From NCBI GenBank assembly GCA_002269645.1, contig NIVC01003958.1, positions 3,540 through 67,539 of the forward strand: 64,000 bases of DNA. Direction: 5' to 3'. The position numbers and the translations under genes were made by a program. Position 1 is the stretch's first letter, and the number at the start of each line of letters is the position of its first letter. The notes beneath the pieces are model-generated. The model did not search any database and was not told the DNA's origin. It saw only the letters and a list, made by a program, of their open reading frames with translations. This document shows, in pieces, positions 11,701 to 27,815 of the stretch. Source of the stretch: Macrostomum lignano. Lineage: Eukaryota.

Positions 11701-14700
11701 GTTGACACTGGGTGTTCCCAGTCTTTGATGTCAAGTTCCCTGTTTCGCAAGCTGAATGAGAGGCTCCTGCCTTTGACCACTCCGGTGCAGTTGAAGCTGG
11801 CAGACGGTAACTATTTGGCTGCCTGTGGTTGGCAGGAAGTGCAGCTAAGTTTCGGTGTGGCAACGGTTCGACAAAGAGTTTTAGTTGTCGACAATCTGGC
11901 CAAGGATTTTTTGCTGGGTGCAGATTTCCTGGCAAACTGTGGCTGCGTCATCGACTGCAGTCGCCAAACGCTCACTGTGTGCGGTCAGCAAGTAAAAATG
12001 GAGTCATCGGCAGCAAGTAGCTGTGTATTCGCCGTTGAGGTAGCAGACAGGACAACCGTGCCCGCTGGTCACGAAATCGTCTTTCCAGCGAGATTGGCAA
12101 GTGAGTCAGATGCAGCTGTTGATGGTGAGTGCGGCATTTTTGAGCCTGACAATTCGAAGGACATCTCCACGGTCATGTGTGGAGCGCGCAGCCTCTCGGT
12201 GTTGCGAGGAGGACTCATCGCCGTTCACTATGTCAATACGGACACCAAGCCGCATACATTTTACCCCGGAACAAGACTGGGGACTTTTGAGCCGATGTCA
12301 GATGGTGCCGATGCAGAGTTGTCAATGCAAGCTGAGACAGTGAAAGGTCAAATCGCCGAGTATGTACCAAATGTGCACATTGATGAGAAAAATCTTACAG
12401 CCAATCAAGTTCAGTGTGTCAAAGATCTTCTGCATCAGTACCAGGATGTGTTCTCGAAAAGTCCAAACGACCTGGGCTGCACTTCACTCCTTGACCACAA
12501 AATTGACACCGGGTCGGCGAAACCTATCAGAGTGCCTCCTCGTAGATTGTCGCCGCCGAATCAGCGAGCTGTGTCAGAGATGGTCGAGCAGATGGTGAGA
12601 GACGACATCGTAGAGCCTTCGAATTCTCCGTGGTCGAGCCCGGTCATTCTGGTGAAGAAGAAGGACGGCAGTTTGCGCTTCGTGAACGACTTCAGACTGC
12701 TCAACTCCGTGACCGTCAAAGACAGTCATCCACTGCCTCACACCAGCGATCTGATCGATGCTCTCGCAGGATCCACAATGTTCTCAACGCTCGACTTCAC
12801 TAGCGGGTACACCCAGGTGATGCTGGACTCAGAGAGTCGCGCAAAAACAGCATTTCCTGCGCCACAAGGATTATTCCAGTACAAGAGACTACCGCAAGGT
12901 GTGTGCAATGGTCCTGCCACGTTTTCAAGGCTGATGGAACTCGTTCTGAAGGGCCTCCGATGGGAAGTGTGCCTGTCATTTCTTGACGACGTTGTCATCT
13001 TTTCGAAAGGATTCGAGGAGCATCTGCGGCGTCTTGAGCTTGTGTTGCAGAAATTCAGAACCGCTAACCTGAAGTTGAAGCCGACCAAGTGCCACTTGTG
13101 CTATCAGGAGATCTCATTTCTTGGCTTTCGAATCTCAAAAGATGGCGTGACCACTGACCCGGACAAGGTGAAAGCAGTGCAGGAGTGGCCAACGCCCGAA
13201 GATCGTTCAGAAGTGCGACAATTCCTGGGGTTATGTGGCTACTATCGTCATTTCGTTAAAAACTACAGTGAGATTGCTGAACCGCTGTACAAGCTAACGC
13301 AAAAGGACGTGACCTTCAGCTGGACTCTCGAATGCTCAGCAGCATTTAATCGCCTAAAGCAGTGCCTTACTTCCAGCCCAGTCCTCATCATGCCGACATT
13401 CGCAGAAGACGCTGAGTTCGTGCTAGATACCGATGCCTCTGGCGTGGCCATCTCCGGAGTTCTTCAAGAGCGCCGTGGTGGCAGGACGCAGGTGGTGGCG
13501 TACGGCAGTCGCATTCTGTCCAAAGCAGAGAGAAATTACTGCACAACGAGGCGTGAGCTGCTGGCAATTGTGCACTTCGTCGGTCACTATCGCAGCTACT
13601 TGTTAGGAAAAAGATTCACACTACGTACTGATCACGCCTCGCTGATCCATCTTCTGCGCTTTCGAGATCCCGATGGTCAGCTGGCACGGTGGCTGGATAA
13701 GCTAAGCGAATTCGACTACCAGACGGAGTATCGCAAGGGCGAGAAACATGGAAATGCAGACGCACTTAGTCGGCGACCGTGTCGAAAAGGACCTTGCCTG
13801 TGCAGTGGCTCTGCGCTCGCTGTCGAGTTCAATGACGACAGCGCGATTCGACGAGCACAGGCAGAGGATCAGTGCATGCAGAAGCTGGCGAACTGCTTGC
13901 GAGATGGGCAACCACCGGATAAGGCAGAGACGGACGGCTGGAGCAATCGGCAGCGGCAACTGCTGTCCGAGTTTAAGCGGCTGACACTGGTGAACGGACT
14001 GCTGTGCCGCCGATGGGAATCCGAAGATGGCAGCGCCTTTTGTCAGCAGCTGCTGGTGCCAGAGAGTCTACAGCGCGATGTTTTTGTCGAAGCTCATGCT
14101 GGAACGAGCGGCAGCCACTGCGGACCGCAGAAGACCATTGAAAAGATCAGGGCGCGACTCTACTGGCCTGGAATGACAGCAGATGTGACTGACTGGTGTG
14201 CTGCGTGCCTCGAATGCGCGACACTGAAAGATTCTGGCCAGCACAGGCGGGCACCTCTACAGAGCATGGCGGTCGGCAGCGTTGGCCAGCGACTGGAAAT
14301 GGACTTCATGGTGGGCCTGCCGAGGACCGATCGTGGAAATTCAGTCATCCTGGTAGTCATCGACACCTTCAGCAAGTGGACTGAGGCCTTTCCACTGCCG
14401 TCTCAAGACGCTGAGACCACAGCCCGGACGTTTGTCAACGAGTGGGTGGCTCGCTTTGGAGTCCCGCAGTCGGTGCACACCGACCAGGGTCGAAACTGGG
14501 AGTCACAGCTGTTTCAAGAGACGATGCGGCTGCTGAAAATCGACAAGACTCGGACGACAGGCTACCACCCTGAAGGAGACGGCGGTTGCGAACGGATGAA
14601 CCGGACACTGGTGCAGCTGCTGCGAGCATGGGTGAACGAGAATCAGCGAGACTGGGATCTTCATCTGCAGATTGCACTGATGGGCTACCGCACTTCAGTC

Positions 14701-16603
14701 CACAAGTCGACTGGTCAGACACCTTCGGCGATGCATTTCGGCCGGGAACTGCGACTACCACTGGACTTGGCATACGGAGGTCTGGCGCCGGATAGGCAAC
14801 GTCCTTGTGAATGGGTGGCCGAGCTGCGGAGCCGGCTGCAGACATCGCACGAAAGGGCGCGACAAAACTTGGAGGCAGCGCAACTGCACCAGAAGGCAGC
14901 GTACGACAGGAGGTGCCACGGCGAGGCATTCAGCGAGGACGATCTGGTCTGGCTGCACAATCCGGCGCTGAAGCGAGGCGAGAGCCGAAAATTTCATCGA
15001 TGGTGGACTGGGCCATGGCGCGTTAAAAAGCAGATCTCAGACGTCACCTACCGCATTCAGCACGAGGCCAATGCACGACGGCGAAGGGTGGTGCATTTCA
15101 ATCGCATGAAGCCATGCAACACGGCCAGTCCAGCTGCAGCACCTCAATTGCAACCAGCGGCGCAACTGCACAATCCTGACGAGGACGACCTGAGATTTGA
15201 CGGCGTCCCAGCCGGCGCCCCAGCCGGCGCCCCAGCCGGCGTCCCAGCCGGCGCCCCAGCCGGCGTCCCAGTCGGCGCCCCAGCCGGCGTCCCAGTCGGC
15301 GCCCCAGCCGGCGCCCGCGGCGCCCCAGCCGGCGCCCCAGTCGGCGCTCCGGTCGGCGCCCCAGCCGGCACCCCAATCGGCGCCCCGGTCGGCGCCCCTG
15401 CTGATGTTCCAGAGCATCCAGAACAGCCTGTATTGCGCCGAAGTGAGAGGGCCCGTGCCCCGCCAGAATTTTTTGGTGAAGTGTATACTCATTGAATGCA
15501 GATTTTCTTAGATATTTTTTTTTGAAACACTGACATTGCTTAAGTTCATTTTAATTTCCACTTTTATTTCCCTCAAATATTTTTTCGTTCAAATATTCGA
15601 TCAGAATTCGTCGAACTCATACTCGTAACTTTTTTTAACACAACAAAAAATGCAGAAAGTGAGTGGAACACTTTTTTTGAAAGAAGGAGAGCATTGTAAG
15701 ATGGTTTGCTTAGTTGATTGCGTGTGCGCACGTTCACTAGCTCTTATGTACATTTGCTCGCTGCACAATGATAATATATAAGTGAATGCCTTGGCGCACT
15801 GGGCAGCCAAGAGTCGGTCTACGCCTTAAGCCAATTTCTCGTTTTCGCTTGTTCTTACATATCGATACATCTCGCACAGAGGGGCGGCAACGTGTCCTGT
15901 GAGTGCATGTACAACAGCACCGCCGGCCTGAGCACCGGCGTGGTGGCCAGCTTCCCTCTGGCGCAGCTGCGAATGCGCACCAACCTGCTCTGCTCTGACG
16001 AATGCAGCTCCAATGTGTACACTTTCGTGGCGCTGTTCACCCTCCTCAAGCTGGTGCGCCTCAGCGCCCGCTCCCAGGAGGCGGTGTTGCAGCTGCGCTG
16101 CGTGCGGCCGCGAGACAAGGCGCTGGGCCTTGGTGTGACGTCATTCATGTTCAGCCTTGGAGGTCAGAAAATATTATAGAAAATCCCTTAATGAATGAAG
16201 CTATCGTGTTGCTTCTACAGAAAGCAGCTGTCATCGCGGGTATCTCGCCGAAACTCGCACTTAATCTCCCTCAACAGGCATCTGGGTGCCGCCATTTGTG
16301 GGCCACCTTTTCGACCGAGCCTGCCTGTTCTACGACCCGAGGCCGAGCTACAAGCGGACCTGCCTGTTCTTCGACACCCAGCGCTTCCGCTACTCCTTTG
16401 TGGGCTTCACCACCGCCGCCCTGGTGCCAGCGTGCGCCTTCTTCTTCTTGGCCTGGTACTTCACCGTCCGCCATCCGAGGTTCGCCGACATGTCCAGCTC
16501 GCGCCGCTGCACCCTGGAGATGCAGCAGCCCGCTGCTCTGGAGAGGCGCGGCGGCAATGATGCGGATGATTCTCCTGACAGGAAGGAGGCGCAGCATCTC
16601 TGA
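5767..16603 (+). CDS. SLCO: Organic anion transporting polypeptide (SLCO/OATP); exons 5767-5911, 7429-7716, 8893-9293, 9558-10231, 10343-10502, 15880-16162, 16278-16603
   Basis: Motifs LEKRFNFNS, SYFG-HRPR, AWWLGF, Kazal-like CNC...PIC...FSPC, RCV...DKALGLG and GHLFDRAC. All junctions are GT-AG with consistent phases. The exon 1 to exon 2 link is the least certain. Confidence 0.9.
5926..6490. repeat. 42-nt minisatellite, about 13 copies, SLCO intron 1
   Basis: Unit TGAGGCAGACATGAGTAGGGAGCAGGTGAGCCGCTCTCTGATGGC-like, with CAG/CGG variants. Confidence 0.95.
7713..7972. repeat. 32-nt minisatellite, about 8 copies, starting at the SLCO exon 2 donor
   Basis: Unit CTGGGTATGGCTGAGTGACTCTTCTCAACCAG. 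Confidence 0.95.
8158..8690. repeat. Compound GAGTAGCT/GAGTAGTT microsatellite, SLCO intron 2
   Basis: Direct reading of 8- and 11-nt units. Confidence 0.95.
10571..10735 (+). repeat. 5' LTR
   Basis: Identical by eye to 15695-15859, with 7-bp terminal inverted repeats. Confidence 0.97.
10737..10748 (+). promoter_or_regulatory. Primer binding site, tRNA-Leu type
   Basis: TGGTGGCAGCGG, 1 nt after the LTR, is complementary to the ...CCGCTGCCA-CCA 3' end of animal tRNA-Leu(AAG/UAG). Confidence 0.8.
10754..11596 (+). CDS. gag: Gag with CCHC zinc knuckle
   Basis: CWKCGKPGHVQRFC knuckle; ORF starts just after the PBS. Confidence 0.93.
   Translation: MTENEGSAESPTVAVTQPQASFVNMFLRPPQYQHGQDFELWLARFNNFASSLPVDQRKNALLSFLDDKSYQAANNLDAALSYDDFEKALKNRFRPSTSSAELQAQFFNLTQKDGQSVADYSDALIVAAKRAFPSLMETKAGAEQETSVTAKDELLKGRFLSGLRDPAVRMQTQMQPKATFADTVETARFVESIQSQGGTATALAAEVPEAFAVGIQRSLKELSNKLSRWESKDQDHRQSGDRRRVVTCWKCGKPGHVQRFCTQKSGNFDGAATAGVPFRK
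11548..11607 (+). promoter_or_regulatory. -1 ribosomal frameshift signal (G GGA AAC plus H-type pseudoknot)
   Basis: The heptamer is in the gag frame and pol is in the -1 frame. A 6-nt spacer precedes stems 11561-68/11581-88 and 11572-80/11599-607. Confidence 0.85.
11552..15495 (+). CDS. pol: Pol polyprotein (protease, RT, RNase H, integrase)
   Basis: LVDTG, FLDD, DTDAS...RRELLAIV, HHCC, D-D-E integrase and GPW motifs in an uninterrupted ORF. Confidence 0.97.
15679..15693 (+). promoter_or_regulatory. Polypurine tract
   Basis: GAAAGAAGGAGAG immediately before the 3' LTR. Confidence 0.8.
15695..15859 (+). repeat. 3' LTR
   Basis: Identical to 10571-10735. Confidence 0.97.
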
Positions 16604-16901
16604 CGTTGAGTTTCTTGGACTGCCTAAGCAATACAGGAACTCGCTGCTCGATAAACTTTGTGAACCATTGAGTAACGGCTAACGAAACTGAATGCCCGCA
16701 ACTGCGCCTAATAATTCGGACTCATGCGTACTCAAAGCAACCCAACCCTTCATCAGCGAATCGGTTTGCAAGCATGCGTAGCTCTGTCGAGTACACAATG
16801 CTTTGGCTGCTTTTGGTCCCTCCCAATGTGCTCCTTCATCCATCGGTACAAATTCTACTGCACAGTTCATTTTTGAAGTCATGGCCTTTTCTAGCTAGTA
16901 G

Positions 16902-17312
16902 TTAATGTACAGTTTGCTTGTGGAACTCACACCGTTTCCCAGTCTAGTTCAACAAAACTGATATGCAGTTCTGTTGAATTGCACAGTTTAATGTACAGTT
17001 TGCTTGTGGAACTCACACCGTCTCCCAGTCTAGTTCAACAAAGCTGATATGCAGTTCTGTTGAATTGCACAGTTTAATGTACAGTTGGCTTGGGGAACTC
17101 ACACCGTTTCCCAGTCTAGTTCAACAAAACTGATATGCAGTTCTGTTGAATTGCACATGGTAGATTGCCGCTAGCTAAATTGTACAGCCGGTGTTTGAAT
17201 TCCAAGCTGCCTTGTCGAAATACGAGTGGCGCTCTAAAAATGTAATGACAAAATTGCAAATGGAGATGTCTGACTTGCATATCAGTTTTGTTGCAATAGA
17301 CTGGGAAACGGT
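16902..17312. repeat. Three tandem 86-nt units plus one inverted partial copy (MITE-like TIR pair ~17102-17140 and ~17276-17312)
   Basis: Period 86 at 16902, 16988 and 17074. ACCGTTTCCCAGTCTAGTTCAACAAAACTGATATGCA matches its reverse complement at ~17276-17312 at 35/37. Confidence 0.75.
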
Positions 17313-17552
17313 GCATTTAGTCTCTCGGATCGTATCGAAGCTCTTGTAGGAGAATCTGAATGCACTCAGATAACTAAAGCTGCGAATAGCAAAAACTGAA
17401 ATGGTCATTCTGTAATCACGTGCAGACTGCTGATGGAGCAAAGCTGCGGCTCTCTGATAATGATAATAAATGTAAGGAATGCATCAATGTATTTAAACCC
17501 TTCTGGTATCTCAGCACATAAGGCCGATCAGAGTGTGTGAGAATATTTTGCC

Positions 17553-19069
17553 ATGGCCTGCAAGACGGTGGCAGTCAACCTGCTGCTGCTTGTCTGCATG
17601 AAGCTCATTGTTCAGCTTGCCAACATCGAGTATTCGGGCTTCGATAAAGACGAATTTGCCTTGATCAATGACACTTGCACATTGCTGAACTCGACGCAAC
17701 CAAACAAAGGTAGTTTTATTGGCCTTCTAACCAAAGGCCACGTGTTGAGATGCAGCCTATCGATTGTTGGCGGCCTGCTCGGCCGTGCCCTGGAGTACCG
17801 CAGCATCCTGTTCTTCGGGGAGCGATAATGTCCGTTGGAGTCTGTCTGATTACTCTTGTCACGCAGTTCGGCCTGGTTTGCACGCCGGCGCTGTACTATC
17901 TGGCCTGGATCCCGTATCCTCTGTACAATGGCCTGCTTCTTCCCACCATGTTCTACAGTCTGATTAGCTGGAGCTCCGGGCCTAAGAGCCGCATGCTGCT
18001 GGCGGTGCTGTACTACTTGGTGACTGAACTTCCTCCCATTCTGGAATCCAGCTCAGCATCCTTGTCAGGCATTCAGCTCTACGCCTACCGGCAGCATAGT
18101 GCAGTCGTGTCGGCAACGGGGGTTTCCCTGTGCCTGCTGTTCATGGCTCTGTCATTGGGGCTGGCAGCCGAGCCAAGCCGGCGCCAGTTTGAACAGCTGA
18201 CAGTCAGGCGCCTGATGCGGTACGCGCGCATCTTCGCAGCTTTTATAGTATTCGTAGCCCAGATGAACGACGGTCACGTATCGAATTACCGCATAGAAAT
18301 CCGGCACTTGGCCCCTATTTTCAATCGCACTGAAGCCAAGCCCAGCTGGGAGCAGTGGGCGTGGGATGTCAACTTCACTCGGCACGCCAACACTGCCGGA
18401 ATTCTCGCCGCCGCTTGCGCTCTGGTAGCCATGGCAGCCTCGCCCCACATTCGCTTCATGTCCCACAAGATGAGACTAAAGTTGGGCGTTGCCTTAGCGG
18501 CTGCAGCTTCATTAGGCTGTCTTGCAGCCTACCTGGTACTCGGCTGCAGTGCCGGATCGTGGGGTCCGGTAGCCGCATTCAGCGTTTTTGGTAACGCCGC
18601 GTTTTTCGATGGCGTCTCTGAGATGCTCAGCATTGTGGCCCTGTACGAACTGGCGGACGCGATCTCCTTTAGTCAGAACAAGCTGCTGCTGTTCGGCATC
18701 AGCTTCACCGCCAGCGCTCTGTCCGGTTTATTCAGGTACTGTGTTGGCCTCGCCGTCCATCGAATCGCTAGCGGTGGCGCGACTGGCGAAGGCACCGTGC
18801 TGCAGGTCGCGCGTCTCGATCACGTCATCGACTTCGGCCTGTCGATCTCCTGTCTGGCCTACGCGCACTGGCTGGCGTTTCCGCTGGCTTCCACCCTGGA
18901 GCAGCCGGACCCGTGGGGACTCGCTGACCAGCAGGAGCCGCTGATTCCATCGGGCCAGGGTGAACTGTCGGGCTCCGTTCAGCAAAAGGAAGTAACGCCT
19001 GGCTCGTTCCAAGAGCCGAGCAGTGACGAACCAATTGACAGCGACAATCTGCATCGCTCTAGCCGCTGA
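17553..19069 (+). CDS. Intronless divergent MFS-like multi-pass membrane protein, paralog 1 (one frameshift at GGGG 17817-17820)
   Basis: Adding one G joins ORF 17553 to ORF 17750 (FFGGAIMSV), collinear with IIGGAVTAV in paralog 2. Many hydrophobic segments, and VGGLLGRALEYRSIL resembles MFS motif A. Confidence 0.75.
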
Positions 19070-19857
19070 CATGATGGAAGACGGAAAAGTATGATTTTCT
19101 ATGGAACCACTTCAACTTTGTGCAAGTTTCGGCACGTTCACAGCTGTTTAGCTGCGATTTCTGAAATACACTGTTTTCGTTGTCCTGAGGACTTATACGA
19201 TGTGTTCTAATGGTGAGGCTAAGGGGTGAAAGTCCATGTTGTTCGCTTTGACTTCCACTGAAGCAGAAAGCGCCAATTGTTTGCACGAGACTGAAAAACT
19301 TCATTCAATTTTTTTACACACGGCGATTTCAGAACCACGGACTACTACTACTATGCATATGTTTAAGTCTTTGGGTTCTATCAGAAAATTCCTTAGTTTT
19401 CAACATTGCTTGTCAAAAATTATGAGCTGCTTTGAAAGCTTATTATATTTTTAGGGCATTTTGTAAACACAAACGTGCTGACTAGCAGAGACAGGCGTTT
19501 CGGTGACTTTCAATTGGGTAGACTTCATCGAAAATCCATATTTATTTGACTCGAAATGTAGTTTATAACGAGGGCAACAATTATTCAATAATTGCAAAAG
19601 TAGTATTTGGAGTTGATCAAGTTTAGTCACATCACGAAAGCACTCCATTCTCAGTCACGTTAATTAAAATAGCCAGTTAACTTCATAGTCTAAATTTAGG
19701 AGGTATGCGCTTATCTTTTCTTGTACTATGATTTATCACGTTGCATTAGTCATCAGTTCAACGACGACTACTGTAAATCCATCTGAGGTCTACTTGTATC
19801 TGGAGCGTTTATCGATGTGACGAGTTATTTCTCAGATTCTTTGTTAATAAAAATATG

Positions 19858-19930
19858 CTGCTGACTGAGTGACTGACTGAGTGACTGACTGACTGACTGA
19901 CTGACTGACTGACTGACTGACTGACTGACT
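19858..19930. repeat. (GACT)n microsatellite
   Basis: Direct reading. Confidence 0.95.
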
Positions 19931-21646
19931 AGTTGTCCTTTTTCAGTGCATGTACGCAAGGCCAGCCAGTATCGTCATTTTAGGTTTATTTGGCTAGGGC
20001 CAAGAAAGTGTTCAGACTGTGCGACACAAGTCAGATGTTTGTCGCTGCATGCCTGAAATGTTTGAAAAGATTTATGCTAAGGAAGGCATTCACAGAGATT
20101 CTTGCACATTAACTGTATTTTAAGCAAATGTACAGTGGCCAGTGAAGACAAGCGCGTGCGTCTTTCGCAGTTGAACATTTCCTTTTTGAGAAGCACACCT
20201 TACCATCTTTCGCAGCTGTCCATGGTAAACATGGAACGCTTGATGGCTTGCTTTCGTGCTGAGAGCCTCTGGGGTTGCGCGTTCTAACTGTACAAAAACC
20301 GAAATCTGCTGCATGGCACAGGTAATGTAACATAAAACATTACGGAATTTCAGATAGAAATGCGAACAAATATCGAATCTTGCATTGTCAAATATGTCCC
20401 AGTTCTGTTGGAAAAGTCTGGTGGCGGTGATCATCATGAAAGCAATTAACCAGTACGTCACCTTTGAGTACCTACTCTACAACAGTAATTTGTACCACAA
20501 AGTTAACGGCACCTGCCAGCTGAAAGACCCGTCAGGGTTGGTGAATTACACAAATGCTCCAATGATGTATACCTTTCACTTTGGATACACCCTGTCCGTG
20601 GTCGGTGGTCTCATGGCGAACAGCTACCTCGGATTCCGGCCGGTTCTGATTATCGGCGGAGCGGTGACTGCGGTGGCTGCGGCTCTTCTGGCCATCAGCA
20701 TCTCGCTCGGGCTGATCTGCCACCCGGCGTTCTACGCTTTTGTGTGGATGTTCCATCCTCTGTACATGGGTTTAATTGTACCTTGCCTGTTCTACGGATT
20801 CGTTCGCCTCAGCTGGGGGAGGAAGAGCCGCATGGTGCTGGTAGCCTTGTACTATTACAGCGCTGAAGCCTCCACGTGGCTGGAAGTTTTTGTCGCTCCC
20901 ATTGTGACATCATACTGGAATACCTACTACAGCATAATGGTTGGCGGCGTGTGCTTGAGCCTGATTTTTCTGTCGCTTTCAACAACACTAAAAGAAGATG
21001 AGGAGCCAAGCTCTATGGAAGTTCCAACCATGAAACGTCTCGTTCGGTTTTTTCGCATTCTCAGTGCCTTCACGATGTTTTCTATCCAGTTGTACGACGA
21101 ACACGTTGACGGGTACCAGAGGGAAGCCATTCTCTACTCGAGAAACTCGACAAGTAATTCGCTGTTTGAGTCCAACCTTCTGGCAGAAATGCAAGCTAAT
21201 GATTTGCCGCGGTACGTGAACATGGCCTCGAAGCTGGGCACATCCGCGCTCCTGATTCTATTAGGAATCAGCAGGCAAACGTCTTTCATATCGCACGAGA
21301 TCAGAATTCAGGTCGGAATCTTGACTGCAGCAACTGTTGCTCTATTTTGTTGTTCTGCAGATCTTCTTCTAGCAAAACTGGGCCCAGCAAGTCCCATTCT
21401 GACCACTTCCTTATTTTGTACAGCATCGTTTCTGGATGGAGCGTCGGAGATTGTCGTGATGGTCGGTGTGTATGAGTTCATCGATATGATTGGCACGAGA
21501 GACCACAAGCTCGTGCTTTTCGGCGTCGCCTTCAGCGTTTGGACTCTGGCTTACTTACTTACTTACTTACTACTGACGGGGGGCGCAGGCGCCGCGAATA
21601 GGCCGCGAGGCCCCTATCGCAACCCCAAGGTAAAAGAGCACAAGGA

Positions 21647-26383
<4,737 letters not shown>

Positions 26384-27573
26384 TCACGTTTCATGTCGTA
26401 ATGCCTCTTTTGACTAGCGACATGAACTATTACTACTGCGTGAACCATGCTCTTAATTTGATTCTGCTGGTCATCTGTCTCACGTACACCCGGTGCGTGG
26501 CTTTCCCGTTGGCCTTTCCCCTCATCCAGACGGACCAGTATCCGGAGCCAGAGGCTGAGGATGAAGCAAATGCTGAACGTGCGGCACTCCAATTGCCAGC
26601 AGAGCAGGATGATGGAAGTGGCTAATACCCGAGAATACATGCGAGTCCTGATCTGTCAAATTGATTGTTTGAGAGTTTTGCTGCAATTCTCTTTCAGACT
26701 TGTTTGACTGAGAGATATTTATTGTTCGTGACCCGTTGGGATTTGGGACCGATGTGACTCAAAAAACTCTTAAAGAAACTTGTGAAGCTGGTGTAATATC
26801 TCCAGTGTTTTAATAATCCTATATTTCCCATTCAATAAGTCAAAGCGTAGTCTTTGTTCTCTTCAGAAAGCATTTTTTTTCTCGGTACAAAATCAGTCTA
26901 GTCTCGCACTAGTCTCGGAAAGTTGGCCAAAATTTTCAATTTACATGTAGCTAATGCACTCGTAAAAGCACGCTCAAATTGTAGCTAATGAACAAATGAT
27001 TGGAAGGTATATCTTCGCATTATAACACAGTGAACTCGAAATAGCTGAATTTTTTCCTGCTTGAAGCTTTTCTATTTAATGCTACTAATATTTCAATGGT
27101 TAGTCATACCAATAACTATATCCATAACTATACGTGTACTTTATATCACAATGCATGAAAAGAACACATCGATATTGTTGAACTTTGTCTTGAAAGATTA
27201 ACCACCTTAGCTAGTAGAAAAACTAACAAAAGCTAAGCTCTTTCTGCAACAATAATGATTATTATTTGCACTTTGCAGTCACTTTTACCAAAGTACCAAT
27301 CGGTATTCAATATTTGACCTACATGTAACTAGCCCATTACGCTGGTATTGTACAGAAAACCCAATATTTTACACATGTCATACCGGTATGCATTCTCATG
27401 TAACTCGGGGAATTGCTTTCTTGCATCTAAACAAGCCATTGCTTATGTACTACTCAAACTGGTCTTTAATTACGCATCCCACTCGCTACATTCGTTACTA
27501 ATTCATTGGAATTATGAGTAATACATAGTCAATCGTCCTGTCGACCATTAAAAATTCATGGGGGGTTGTTAAT

Positions 27574-27815
27574 ATGTCTAGGCTCATGGGGAATTATTCA
27601 GATGTCTAGGCTCATGGGGAATTATTCAGATGTCTAGGCTCATGGGGAATTATTCAGATGTCTAGGCTCATGGGGAATTATTCAGATGTCTAGGCTCATG
27701 GGGAATTATTCAGATGTCTAGGCTCATGGGGAATTATTCAGATGTCTAGGCTCATGGGGAATTATTCAGATGTCTAGACTCATGGGGAATTATTCAGATG
27801 TCTAGGCTCATGGGG
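27574..27815. repeat. 28-nt minisatellite, about 8.5 copies
   Basis: Unit ATGTCTAGGCTCATGGGGAATTATTCAG. Confidence 0.95.

Larger units (their letters stand above)
10571..15859 (+). mobile_element. Full-length Ty3/Gypsy LTR retrotransposon in SLCO intron 5
   Basis: Two identical 165-bp LTRs (TGTAAGA...TCTTACA), TSD TATC (10567-10570 and 15860-15863), PBS, PPT, and open gag and pol with order PR-RT-RH-IN. Confidence 0.98.
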
